This document shows positions 1 to 12,849 of a stretch of 64,000 nucleotides of DNA, one piece after another. This DNA is from Kudoa neothunni (Eukaryota; Animalia; Cnidaria). The stretch's first letter is position 1. The number at the start of each line of letters is the position of its first letter. The stretch is from contig OZ199839.1 in the NCBI GenBank assembly GCA_964304625.1, positions 2,885,223 through 2,949,222 on the forward strand. The letters run 5' to 3'. The notes beneath the pieces are model-generated. The model saw only the letters and a list, made by a program, of their open reading frames with translations, made no database searches and had not been told where the DNA came from. The translations under genes were made by a program, and so were the position numbers.

Positions 1-2572
1 TCAATTTTACACCCTTTATCGCGCCTTTGCCGTAGTTATGTAAAATTTAATATCTAAGGTTTAATTTAACATATTTTAAATTAAATACAAATTATAATGA
101 TAGCTTTGGAATTTTAAAAATATAAAAAAATTAATTGACTGTAAAATTTTTAAAGTGTAAAGGAGTTCCAACGACTACGGCTCATTATTCATTTTTGTGG
201 CAGTATTTTATATTGACAGCACTTATTCCATAGGTCGGAATTTGCGCTTAATTCAAACACTTTTGATAATTTCAATAAAATCGATTTTATATGTTTAAAT
301 AACATAATTATTTCCAAACGCAGTTGAAAATTTAATTCTAAATTTTAGATGCCTTGAGTAGCAAGGAAGACTTTTTCGAGCTCAGAATGACCAGCATTGA
401 TGTGCTTAACGATCATGTTGTTAGCATCTATAAAGCTATCATCAATGTGAAACAATATTTCAGTGAAGTATATATAAGAATAACTGAATTAATTTTTCAT
501 TTATTATTGACATTTATCGTCAAATAGGTTTCAAAAATTAGCTCGAGATATCAAAAGATTAATCTAGAACTCACTCAAACGGCCAAAAAGTAATACAAAT
601 TGTAGTGTACATTGGTTCATCGAATTCAAATTTCATTTAGTTATGCATTCGATAAGAATAGCAAGATTCAAACATGTTGTTTATATATCTGGAGTATTGT
701 ATGCGAGAAATTTGATCATGATTGCTCTATTGAGATGTTTAATTTGTTATCAGCAGTAATGGCTTTCCTTTTTCTACACATTTTTCATTTTTTATATAGA
801 ATGTATTGTCTAAGAAAATTCAAGGTATAATAAGTGCACTTGCGTGCTTTGCGATTATGCAGGAAAAAATCGATAAGGTATGACTTTTAAATTAATATTT
901 AAATAGTACACATTTATTATAATTATATCGTTCTTGTAAAAATAACTAATAAATTTAGACTTCTCCCATTCATTTTAAGATATTTTGGCTCTCTGTTTGT
1001 TTCCTTCAGGTGAGCATATTCTCTCCTTTCTACCACTCCCATATAAGAATTCTAATTTATATAATTGTTTTCTAGATCTCGGAACCCCAAATATATTCCA
1101 ATGCTCTGTATTTATGCGAAAAAGCATTGATGCACATCCATAAACATTATAAAGATAAAGGCGATGTAAATTTTTGTGATTTATGTTTCTTAAAATACGA
1201 AACAATTTTTAGCTGGCTTCAGTTTGTTTGTCTGCCCTCAACACCCTGGACATAAATACCGATTACCTCAATCTGTGTAAAACTGTTGGAATAAATTTCA
1301 ATGATTATTTCCATTTTTCGTTGTGTGCTGTCATATTCAAAGGTACAAACAAACAATGAAATATTATTATTATAGCTCATTATAACATTCAATAAATGTC
1401 TAATAATGGAATTTATATGTTAGGAAAGTTTTCAGACGCTAAAACCAGTGCTATCACAACAAGATTGTTTGAACAATTATTATTTGCTGGTGGAAACAAG
1501 TTCGTTTTATCTTTGTGAGAAACTGAAAGTTTAATCGTTTTAATAGAGATGAAATAAAACTGACAGATTCAAATCTGCCGTATGTTATCGGTAATCAACT
1601 AGTGAAAGTAGAGCAGTGCGAGTAATATTAAAAATGATGTTTTTAGCTCTGTTGGGTCAATCTACAACTGCCAACCGACTAATGCTACCTACAGATGTGG
1701 TAAATATGGAAATATTAAGTAAATCTATTAGTGAATTCGTATAACTTTAAATAATTTGACTATTTTTATAACAGAAAAGAAAACATTATTTAACCAAACC
1801 CACCTAAAAGTACTGCAGGAAATAGACATTATCAAAATCATCCCTACCGGCGATCTCCACCAGGCTATTCTAATACTAGGCCTACTAGCTACCAAACTCA
1901 CCGAAGCTATTAAAAATAAAATATATATTTCCGAAACATTATTCTTGGTTCTTTTGTACGGAAAACAATTTCCATCAGCTCTTTTCTATTGGTAATCGAC
2001 TCCTGTGCATAGTAATAACCGAATAATCCAATACTCCAATCTTTTAGGAAGGATCCAATTATTACTATCCTCTCAAAAACTATGATCGATTCGATACATC
2101 CTATGACCAGCTACTTTATTACCAATATCATAGAAATTATTGAAGCTGGTGAGCTAACTAAAATTGGAACTGAGACCAATTATCTTGCATGTATCTATTT
2201 TAAAATATTAAAGTAATCTTGACCGATTTTTTAGTGATGAAATTTAACGGATATGTCTCCTTTTTAAGCGACTTTGTTGAAGTAATATAAATTTCGTGAC
2301 TATCCACATCAACAATTCTATTTGTTTATACTGTTATTTAGGGAAGCGTAACTCCACACGCTTGGTTCACATTGGGTAGTATATCAAAAAACTCTCGCCA
2401 AAAATTCCGACTCCAACTAATCAGCTTCATTCTTGATTTAATAAATAGTGAAAAATTTACGATCAACTTTCTAGGAAAATCATCAATTATTTTTTTCTGT
2501 TACAAAATATTGAAAATTTTGATATCAAACTTTTTATTTCTACGTATAATTGGGATATTATTGTATGAATAG
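1..2572 (+). CDS. NF1: Neurofibromin (NF1) homologue, C-terminal HEAT-like region; 5' part lies outside the window
   Basis: Hand-spliced exons 349-467, 528-589, 641-755, 800-877, 959-1009, 1076-1165, 1213-1342, 1424-1499, 1547-1590, 1647-1718, 1775-1991, 2052-2190, 2235-2281, 2342-2572, plus probable exons near 1-31 and ~160-232. The translation is colinear with vertebrate NF1 C-terminal motifs: YAFDKNSKIQ ~ AFQYNPSLQ; SPIHFKIFWLSVCFLQISEPQIYSNALYLCEKAL ~ [54 protein letters not shown] ~ VGLNFNSNFNFALVGHLLKG; QAILILGLLAT ~ QALLLTVLAT; NYLALMKFNG ~ SYLQSFGFNG. Confidence 0.88.
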
Positions 2573-3081
2573 TCTATTATTTAAAACTAATTAATATTTG
2601 CGATCAATCTAGTTGGTTATCTCAACTTAATTAATTTAACCATTATTAGAGTTCCATTTTCTAATTACTATTTAAAGTCAGTTTTATAAGTTTATAAAGT
2701 AAATGTTTTTATTGCTATAACTCAGATAGTTTTTAATTTACGAATTCCTATTCCGTGGCACTTATTAGTCTAACGCTTAAGTAATATTGAAATTGATTTT
2801 TTAATAAACAAAAGTTATCTAAGTTTTCACTTTATAATTTTTGAGTGATATACAGTTGAACCCCGTTTATCGGAAAATGTTGGGACCTGGCATTTTCCTT
2901 TCGGATACTGAAATTTCGGTTAAACTAAGTTCAGGGTATGCGCAATATGCGAAGGGGAAAAAATTGTATGCTGGTTACATATTTTATTTTTCATTATTCA
3001 ATGTTTTTGTATGTTATAAAGACAATTATTACTATATATAGGTTATAATAGTGAATAAAGTGTGAAAACATTACTTTAAGG

Positions 3082-4803
3082 CAGTGGTGGGAACAACTTT
3101 TAGGGGTACGGGCCATATTAACGCATTACAGAAGCTTGGAGGGCCTCATTGTTGATTACGCGTTTTTTTGAGAATTTAAATACCTGTTGGTGGATTTTTT
3201 TAACATTTTTTGTACAATAAAAAAAGTAAGTATATAAATTAATTTGAAGATTCTTCCTATCAGTAAAACTTAATAAGGAATTAAATAGACTATTTAAATG
3301 TAGAAATTTTGTGATTTGCGTACTATTGTAAGCTACGATAGAAATAATAGGGTTTTTACTTAATAAATTTTTATTTTATCTGAAATGATGAAAAGTTAAT
3401 ATTAATCATTAAGTAAACACGAAATATTTCAACAATGACTCTGATAGAATTATTTCATATTTATTTTAAACATTGCATTCAATATAACATATCATACTCT
3501 AAACGAGGCCTAAGTTATAAATATGAGTATAATAAAGTTAATCAAAAAAATTTCATTTATGATATTTCAGATTACTCCAAATTTTTTGTGACCTAAATAT
3601 CACAAACGCATAGAAGTAATTTTCTAAAAATTTATTACGAAATATTTCAATTCCAATGTATAATATAAATAACTTTAAATTACAAAAAACGTAATTCTTG
3701 GTAATTATCAATGTAATATTCATATCTTTTAAGGTTTTGTAAAATGATTTTTCAGAATAAAAATTCCACCCGAAAAAATTAACATAAATTATTATTTGTT
3801 ACCCTTAATTATTTCTTTCAATTTCATTTATATTTATATCCATATACAAATGAAATATTTATCGTACGATTTTAGCCCTGAATTGATTGATGTTGCATCT
3901 TATAACTTTCGAAGTATTTTAAGGCCATTTGTTCTCTATTGGTATCGTTGGTTTGCTCACCGAATTCCCTATGTTTCATTTGGTGCTGCCGCTTCAAGTT
4001 ATATTCCTTTAATACACTAGCTGATTCGAGGCAGAGCCAACAGACCGCTTTATTCATTGAATGCGCGGAGAAATATTCTTGAGTCGAATCATCATAAAAA
4101 TCACAGTGGTCTTCATTATTAATTGTACAAACATGTGATGTCAACAAACGACGATCAATAAGGGAAGTTTGAGCGCATTATCACTTGAGAGAATTAAGGA
4201 GATAAATAAAAAAACTATTCCTACATTAAGCTGATAAACTTTGATATACCTCTATTATAAACATTTAAGGTTAAAAATCTAAGAATATCTAAAAAGTTTA
4301 TACAAATTACATCGACTATATGCCTTTTAAAATATAGTAATAAATAATTTTTCGTTAATGCATTTTTTGTAATGAAAGGTATGAGAATGGTTCCTACTGC
4401 TTTAAACTTCTAATTTAGATATGAGTATCGCATGCTGATGCTTGTTAACATTTAGTTAATGTTAGATTCTTTTGTCATAAATTGAATCCCAAGTACCAGT
4501 TTATTCCAAAGTTGTTAACCTGTTATTTTGTTTTAAGCGTGTATTAGACCTTACTTTGATCACTATTGAATACGATAATCATAGGCAGAGTGCAATCGTA
4601 GATAAAATATCGAATCGGATAACTGAATTGCGTAAAGTTCACGTTTATAAATCTAAAATATTTGTCAAAAATGTATTTTTTTTTTAATTGGGTTATGGAA
4701 GAAGAACGCTGTTTTGATGTTAATGGATTATGAAAATCGTGTACGCTCACGCAATTTTTCAGCCTTCTAAATTCGTCCACGGGCCGCACTTTTCCCATCA
4801 CTG
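3082..4803 (-). mobile_element. hAT (Charlie/Spin, GTF2IRD2-like) deletion derivative
   Basis: TIRs cagtggtgggaa / ttcccatcactg. 8-bp TSD ctttaagg (3074-3081) vs ctttaggg (4804-4811). BED-finger remnant KAVCWLCLESASVLKEYNLKRQHQMKH in ORF 3872-4147. Confidence 0.85.
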
Positions 4804-4854
4804 CTTTAGGGTACAATACTTCTTCTTTATCCAAAGTAGTCGGCGCACACGTAC

Positions 4855-4893
4855 TAGCGATATGTGCGACCTTAACACCACTGCGCCATATCA
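4855..4893 (-). repeat. Truncated tRNA-derived SINE head
   Basis: Minus strand gatatggcgcagtggtgttaaggtcg resembles the A-box head of the SINE at 26878-27297. Confidence 0.45.
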
Positions 4894-5494
4894 GAAACAT
4901 ACATTCCAGGTTCTAAAAAATGGACAATTATCATTAATTTTTACATAATTCCTTCCGTATTTGGATATTGAGAGTTGTATTAATAATTATGGTAAGAATA
5001 ATTAACCCTGCCGGTACTGGCTGGGGTATTTCAAGACCCCAAATTGACTATTTTGTTTCTACATTGATGTATTTTTGGTTATTTACTTTGAAAATTCTCG
5101 AGTTCGTATATTAAGTGTGTTTCTATCTGAAAATAAAATTTATAATGTATCGGCTAAAGATATATGCATAAATTAATATATAATTCTTCAAGTTTCCTTT
5201 AATATTTGTTGTACCATTTTCTGAAACTCATATATTTATTATAAATATGATTTTCTCTCATCAAAATCAAAATTTTCTATCCAAAAAAAATGCGAACCAT
5301 GAAAAGCAATATTTATTTTGGAATATAATCAACAATAGATTAACGATAATCAATCCAATTAATTAGTACATTTGTTTTCGCTTTTGCATGTTGGAGTAAC
5401 AAATTTTTTCAGAAATTTTTTGTTTTTTTGGGGTTTTAATATTAGTCATTACAACAATTTAAAAGTTTAGAAAATTCTTTAATTGCTGGTATTA

Positions 5495-5602
5495 GAGTTG
5501 TAAGAAAAGTCAACTAATGCGCGATCAAAAACACAGTACGGCGGTATGGCACCATCGCCTTTTAAGCTATGGCTCGCAGGTTTGAACTCCGTCCGCGACC
5601 AT
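5495..5602 (+). repeat. Degenerate tRNA-like repeat (copy 1)
   Basis: atgcgcgatc...gtatggcaccatcgccttttaa...caggtttgaactcc contains an anticodon-like loop and a B-box-like segment. A similar copy is at 23780-23882. Confidence 0.55.
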
Positions 5603-6788
5603 TCATTACATCTAACTGAAAATAAATACCATAATGAAATATTATATACGTTTCTGTTCCATAGAATATCGATTCACTTGATAATAACATTAACACTAAA
5701 TTTTATTATATCACCGACTATTGCCAAGGAAATGCCTACACACTAACGGATGTATCTGGAGTTTACTGCGTAAATGTTCATTCCACCTAGGTTTTCATCC
5801 CATTTGATGATGAAAATCAACATTATAGATTGTTTAATGAATGTAAAATATACCTTTGTGCTTTTAGTTTAACATTATACAAAGAATGTTGCAGATAAAT
5901 AAATTCTGTAAATAACTCCAGAAATAGCAATCCGCTGTAGATTTGCCATGAAATTGTTAATCTAGATGTATTGTTTACAATATATAAAATTGAGATAAAT
6001 TGAGTAAGCTTAAAGCATATTTCGTCTATGGCCATGAAATACCTCAGTAAGGCACACGCGTTTTGTTTTGGAAGTTAGCACAGGGAAGGTTAAAGTAACT
6101 GAGCAGTATCTTCCCAGAGTTCTCCATAACGATATTTATAATTTCTTCTTTAACTAAGATATGCTTTATTCCAACAATTTTAATATTGATTAATGGTTGT
6201 TACGACTCAATAAGACTTAAAAGTGATGTTATGGGAAAAAACAGAGGTGTGAACATTGTTGAATCGGGCCAACTGCATGGAAAAATTGAATTAATCTTAT
6301 GAAGTCGCCGCTAGTTTGTGACTAAACAATCCCGTAAATTCCATTTTTTATATTATAGTCCTAATGAAACGATATAGAGGAATTTTTTTACCCAACATTT
6401 ATCCGTGCATTATCAACATTCTTACATTTTGAACATAAAATACTGTATTATCTACGTTAAATTATTTCTATTAATCAGGCATAAACTCAAATTGAATAAA
6501 TAGCGAACATACGTATTATACAAATAAATGTAGTCCCCATATTAACCAGGCACTAATCCAGATTTCAAGGAACTTTTATCCTAAAATTCGAACAAAAAGT
6601 TTTTTTCAGATTGCGATTTGTGAAGATTCGTTTAAACGAAATTTCTTTGTTTAGAATATACATCATTTTCAAAAAGATTTTGTAACATCTTTCTGATAGC
6701 GCGATTTTCGGATAATCGGGGTTAGACTGTATTAAGAAAACTTAGATGAGTAAAACAATATTTTATCAACGTAAAATAGGGACTAAGA

Positions 6789-7195
6789 TTAACGTTTCAT
6801 TGATGATTGTACAGGTATTTCCTTCAGTTGCTAAATAAATCTCATATGAAAGAGAAAAACGTATAAAAATTACGACGTATTCTTGACGAAGAGGCGCATG
6901 AGGAACAACAACAACTTACGCAAAAATCCCCAGCTATGGAACCCTAAAATTAAGTTACAATTTCCAATTCATAACAAGCTACGAAAACCTCGATGCCGTA
7001 GAGCTCTCTTGTCCTCTGACGTCCAACGCAACCAAAAACCGATGGACAGTACAAGTAGATAAACCCCCAAACGACACAACTTTCACCGTGCTTTTCCAAA
7101 TTTTGGCCATAAACAACACAGGGGAAAAAGTAGGCCAAGCAACAAGTTGTGCAGTCGCTAGTGCAATCAAACAGATCAGTACTCCATTCACTCAT
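6789..7195 (-). CDS. PLAC8/cornifelin-family protein, copy P1 (one +1 indel in exon 2)
   Basis: Exons 7195-6989, 6943-6874 (70 nt instead of 69) and 6830-6789. MSEWSTDLFDC..CCLAYFFPCVVYGQN..RQRTRELYGIE/GSIAGDFCVSCCCSSCA(LRQEYV)/QLKEIPVQSSMKR contains the PLAC8 hallmarks WxxxLxxC, PC, RxxYGIxGS and D-CCC-CAL-Q. Confidence 0.88.
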
Positions 7196-7261
7196 CTTAT
7201 CTGCATAACTAAAAATCTTATTATGCACGAGTGCATTTTATTAAATTGGAAGCGATAATAT

Positions 7262-7775
7262 TTTGGAGGAGGTTAACGACATGATTGATAATATTCAGAT
7301 AGGTGTAGTTTTGAATAAAGTTCATTATTATTTGGTCTTCACTGCCGCTCTTAGAGGCCAAAAATAGTGAACTATAGCAGATTCGAATAAAATAAACAGT
7401 TAAAATGTAGAATAATGGCCATATTTCCCGAATAAAGATTATAATTAGTTCGTATATTAATCCTATGTATTTTAAATTAAATTAATGTGATATTTTTTTT
7501 TGAGCATTTAATGATGGGAATGACCGAATTAATTAGGCACTGGCTATTGACACGGAGGTTTTTAATCCAAAAATGGCAACCACGCTTGCGAATTGTCCAT
7601 TTTTAATCCCAGTACCTTCTATTTATGATCGATCTATAAAGTCCATTTTGAGAATCTGCTATATTTAATTATTTTTTGACCCTAGGAGCGTTAGCGATGG
7701 ACCAAAAATAATTAAATACAATCAAAAACTATACCTACCTGGATATTGTGATCCGTGTCAATAGCCACTTCCAAT
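7262..7775. mobile_element. Foldback MITE with long degenerate inverted arms
   Basis: Arm ~7262-7400 is an inverted copy of ~7640-7775 (e.g. atagcagattc / gaatctgctat, tttggtc / gaccaaa). A related end, aagtggctattgacacgg, is at ~56871. Confidence 0.65.
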
Positions 7776-8295
7776 TAATTGTAATAAATTTTTTTTGATA
7801 TAACGTCATGCATTTACTACAATTAATTAGCTAATGTTTGCGTAAAATACAGATTTTTTCTCTTATAAACATAGAATTAATACTAGGCAATTGCTAAGGA
7901 TGAAATATAAAAATCGATAAAAAATCATGGTGTCACAAACAAACTTTAAAATAAATAAGGCGAGCTTTACTCGAACCGGCTTAATGGAGGTTCAGCCTGT
8001 TGAAATAATCGCAAGGAGCTAGGAGTACAACATATAATAGATTAAATCAACTATTATTGTGATGAAAAATAGTTGTTGCCAAAATTACTCTACTGGAGAT
8101 GCGACATTGATAAATACTCAATAATAAATTATTCAGCAAGTTCGTTTTTGTCCGGTGTTGCTGATTTGGATTACGGTCACTATTTTACATTTTAATCAAA
8201 CAAACTTTGTAGATAAACTATAAATAGGAGTTACTGGGATTAAAGATATCCATGTCATTTTCCAGTACCTTCAATAAACGGATTATACAATTACA

Positions 8296-9887
8296 AAAGG
8301 GCAGTGGCTATTCTCTTGGAAACGAATAACTCCTTCGTTATAGACGATATTTCAAATCTGACTTCATATTTGAATTTGGCTATTTTTGTTCTGATTTTGT
8401 ATGTAAAAATTGTTTGAAAATTTAAAGAACATAAATTCAACAGTCTGTCTGCCCTATTTACACTGTTCACTAGTAGTACACTCACGTTTTTGAGTTTAAT
8501 ATTATGTAATAAAAACATAATTGAAATAAAATGTAAATATATCTAATAGTGGCGAGAGACCTTTAGTTTAATACGTCTCAATGCACGCAGTTTAACTTAG
8601 AATAAGTCATTTCCAACCATTTACGAAACATGCACGTTTCTATCTAAATATTTTTTAATATAAATTAAACAGAATTGTCGTTAATTAATGGATGTTAACT
8701 GGATTAAAACTATTTTACATCGATGTAAACCACTTTTCATATAATCTATAATATTGTACCATTACTTGGGGAATGTTCTTTGTTTTGTACCTACAAATGT
8801 ATTCACCTTAATTAGAAGTATGAGAAAGGTTTGTATGGTGCCTATTCGTGAATGCAGGAATCTATGGGTTTAAATTTAAGAGTGAACCTATACTTTTTAA
8901 TTTAAACTCATTTATCAATTTTTAACATGCAGGGTGATTCTGAATTTTCTGCATTAATTCATCTGGTATCGTCTTAATGGGTAAATTTATAAAATGAAAA
9001 TTTTTGAATGGTGATTTTTGGGGTACGTTTATTTGGCTTTTGTAAAGCGAGCCAGCGAAGAAATGTAGTAAGTATTATAATAAACAATGTTGGAGTTAAT
9101 GGTTAATTCGTCCTTGAGCATTTTGAATTGTTCTGAAAAATTTAATTTTAAGATTGCAAACATCTGTTTCCTGATACTGAGAAATATGTGATTGTAATAG
9201 TGCAGAAAAATCAATTTTCACCACAATGAAGAATTGATCATCTTATCCACTAGCCCTGGCTGTTTAACTGTGCGTCCAAAAAAATTTCTCCATAACCACA
9301 TTCGAAATTTTAACAGGAATGTAATACTTTTTAATAAAAGGTAAAATTTAAAGCAAATAAATTTAATAGCGCTTCATAGAAAACAATAATGACACCACTT
9401 TTCAGATTTATTCCACGCAAATGGTATTTTATGTTTTACGAAACCTTAAATTTCTCTTCTTCAACTGAATATAATATATAAACTTGTTCTACAGATATTA
9501 ATTATTTCAAAGCTTTAAAACTTAGAAATAGTCGCACAAAATAGAACGCCCCACAATCAAATAGGACTTACGCGCATATTCAAGACATAGTGGGTGACAC
9601 AAGAATGCACGAACAGAACAGTTTCTACTTATTAGTAAATGTTTTTACTAATAATTTCAATTATAATGTTTGTATTACATAATATTAGTATCAAAAACAT
9701 GATTGTACTACTAGTGAACAGTGTAAATGGGGCAGAAAAAGTATTGAATTTCTATTCTTTAAACTTTTTAACAAATTTTACATAAAAAATTAGATTAAAA
9801 ATAGCTAAATTCAAATATTAAGTCAGATTTGAAATATCGTCTATAACGAAGGAGTTATTCGTTTCCAAGAGAATAGCCACTGTCTTT
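8296..9887. mobile_element. Non-autonomous DNA transposon with ~230-bp TIRs (superfamily unresolved)
   Basis: 8302-8364 is a perfect 63-bp inverted repeat of 9820-9882. Similarity continues with mismatches to ~8527 / ~9654. Confidence 0.85.
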
Positions 9888-10574
9888 CAAAACTTTCAAA
9901 AATAGGATAAACCCCGCTTATTTCAAGTGGATAGTTGGTGACTTACCGACTCTAATTTTTAGTGAACACTCAACTCAGATAACATGAAAATTCGATGCCC
10001 CGAAAAAATTTTAAAATAATGAAAATTATATTTCAACTTTAGCCGGAGTTTATTAATATTAAATCTTTAATTTTAGGCAGTGACTATTTGCCCGAACATG
10101 TTAATTAGGTCATTCCCTTAGTTTCATTTCACTTATAATAACATTAAATTGCATTATTAAATTATATATCATGTATGGAATTATTTATGATTAATAGTAA
10201 CTAATAATTAAATGCATACATCAAATAAAATATATCTCGAGGATGTAAATAAGCTTAGATGTATGTCCAACAAATTGGCATAAAATATTGTAGAGTATAA
10301 TTGTCGATATTTCATGAATACCGTACGTTGGAGTTGCACCTAATCTTCAAGATATGGTGTCTGGATATTACGAATCAAAAATTATAAGGAATATGTAACT
10401 ATTTTCTACCTGTATTACATTAGCAATGAAAATAATTTATCATAATTTTACATAGGTTACTTTCAGGAATATTGAATATTAGGCAACTTTACAACAATAA
10501 TTAGCTTAGCGGTTATGTAGCGTTTAAAGGAAGAAAATCGAATGAGATCGTAGATATGTTTATATTTTTGATTA

Positions 10575-12830
10575 ATTATCTAAATTTTCGTTATTTTTAA
10601 AGCCATAGATTGTTCGAGAGCTAAACGTTTTTCTGTCTTTTATTCTCTGATATTTTGTGTCGTTTGCAATACCAACACTTGTGTGTTGGATTAACGCTAA
10701 TGCACTGGCATTTAAAATTACTCCATTCAAGACAAATGTCACAACCAATTGCGGAGTCACCATTTAACAAATTAGTTTTGCAGATATTGCACCTATATCC
10801 AACAGTTGTTTTTTGCTTTATAATTTGTTTAAGGTTGAATAGAGCATATTTGCTAAAATGAGTGAATATCTTAGATAAGTGAATTCTTTGATCAAGTATC
10901 CCATCATTTATATTGTCCAACAAAACTTCCACGTATTTTTCCTCAATTATAACCTTTCGATTAATAATCTTAACAGCGAGGTCTTTACTAACAAACCAAT
11001 CAATCAAGAATTTCTGAAATGAATTATATCATTCTTGTTAATAATAAAGTTACTCAAAATCTTTTGTTTCTCTGTTAGATTAAAAAACGATTTGGTGTAA
11101 TAGGGTGATTTTTTGTTCCTGTTACTGTAGTAGATGAGCCCTTTGGGCGACCTTTATGTTTAATTCTAATTAGAAGAACTAATTCTGAAACAAATATAAA
11201 ACAATAAGTATCTTACGTGAAACCTGAAATTTGATTATTTATAGCGATGTCATCGTTCAACTTTTCTGTATTAACCAGAGTTTCTCTGCCAATAACATTA
11301 AAATATTCAGTCGTGTTATATGATACTCTATAGAACTTTTTTCCATGGACGCTCGACATATACAACCTATTAAATGAATAAAGTAATGGATCGAAAAAAT
11401 TTAAAAGAATACTTTCAGAAGGATACACATTGATTTTTCCATTGGATGGATCTATTTGCGTTGTTGGCGGATTTTCTTCATTTAGCTTAACAATACTAAT
11501 TTTTTCTTTTTTTTCAATAAATGTGACTAGTTTTTTAAGCTCATTTATCTAATATTCATAGTCTGAACCAGATTTTTCGGAAACTCTTGATGAAATGATC
11601 TTGAATAAGCTGGAAGTCTGATTAAATCTTTTTTGCTCGGAATAGATTGTCGTGGATTTCGGTAAAACATTCGCAGTTATGAACTCTTTTTATGGTGATC
11701 TATTGGTTTGTTCGTCGCTTACCTTAAGTCGCGAGTTATTCAAGAAATATTCTCTAATTCATCTTTTAGAACACAGACATTTTTCAAATAACGGAAGATT
11801 GCTTTTTTTTCGTTCCAAAAATATGTGACAGAACAATAAGCTCATACTCATTCTGAAAAGACAATTACATTCCTCAATATTTGAAACCGCATTGTCATCT
11901 GAAAACATCACATTGTCAAATTCCTTTGAAACTAACTTAAAGAATATTTTGCTAGACGATTAAAATATTTTTCCATATCAGAATCCAGAACTTTTTGTGG
12001 AGTCTTAAGCATTTCCCTGATGGCTTTATTATCACGTTCAATTCGTGCCGTGCGCTGTCGATATAGATAAAGAATTTCTTGAAAAACTCTTCGAATGAAG
12101 AATAAAATGGTATGACTTGCTTGATTTTGGAATTTAAACTCTCAACTCTATTGTTAGTAAAGTTTAGGAACATACCGCCAAGTCTTCTCAAACTAGTAAC
12201 CCATTCCTCTTTTATTAAGTCCCAGTTTTTTTTAAATAATTATAAATATTTTCTCCGACACATTCTTTGAGTTTTTTTTGTTAAAATCATATTCTTCGAT
12301 GTTTTTCGAATATGCTATATTTTGGAGGTGTAAACGTGACGTCTCCTTTTCTTGAGAACTAATATTCATTCGTTCTACTTGAATTTCACGAGCGAACGAC
12401 TTGAGGACATGATATAAACATATTTGAAAGTTAGCATTTGGGAATTTTTTTCAGAATTTTCCTTTCGACCAAATCTTTATCAGTCATAAATATTTTTGTA
12501 TCTGTTTCCATTGTAGGATTGTGTTTTTCCAACGTATCGTTAAACCACCCCGAAATTTCTTTGGTTTCTTCCCCAATATTCCAGTTGTCACAATTTCACT
12601 AGAACCTCTAGCATCCAAAACAACTAGAAAATATACAGGCGTTCAACAATCCATTAGTTTATAGGTAGCGTCTACAAAAATAATTTCGGGGTAGACTTTT
12701 AAACATTTTTTCATATCAATACCTTTGTAAAATAATCATTTGAGTTTTGAGTCATCTTGCAAAATCTCGATTAAAGTGTTGCGTTTCTTTTCGAGTAACA
12801 TCAAAAATTCAATATTCTTTGAATGTGATT
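10575..12830 (-). mobile_element. Mutator-like (MULE) transposase pseudogene with SWIM, AT-hook and C-terminal PHD finger
   Basis: IFVDATYKL, FMTDKD, QICLYHVLKSFARE, NFTNNRVESLNSKIK, SWIM CNCLFRMSMSLLFCHIF, KGRPKG and PHD CNIC...IGCDICLEW...C...WYC. Multiple stops and frameshifts. Confidence 0.88.
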
Positions 12831-12849
12831 TCATATGAATATTGATCTT

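Larger units (their letters stand above)
2851..6731 (-). mobile_element. Decayed pogo/Tigger-like element, possibly the outer shell around nested insertions
   Basis: TA-flanked inverted ends tacagttgaaccccgtttatcggaaa (2851) and tttcggataatcggggttagactgta (~6706-6731). Faint DDE-like remnants on the minus strand near 6100-6300. Pairing of the two ends is inferred. Confidence 0.45.

Noticed and set aside
4544-4948. ORFs of 118 aa (-) and 72 aa (+)
   Set aside because: They span a hAT terminus and a SINE head, so they are chance ORFs.
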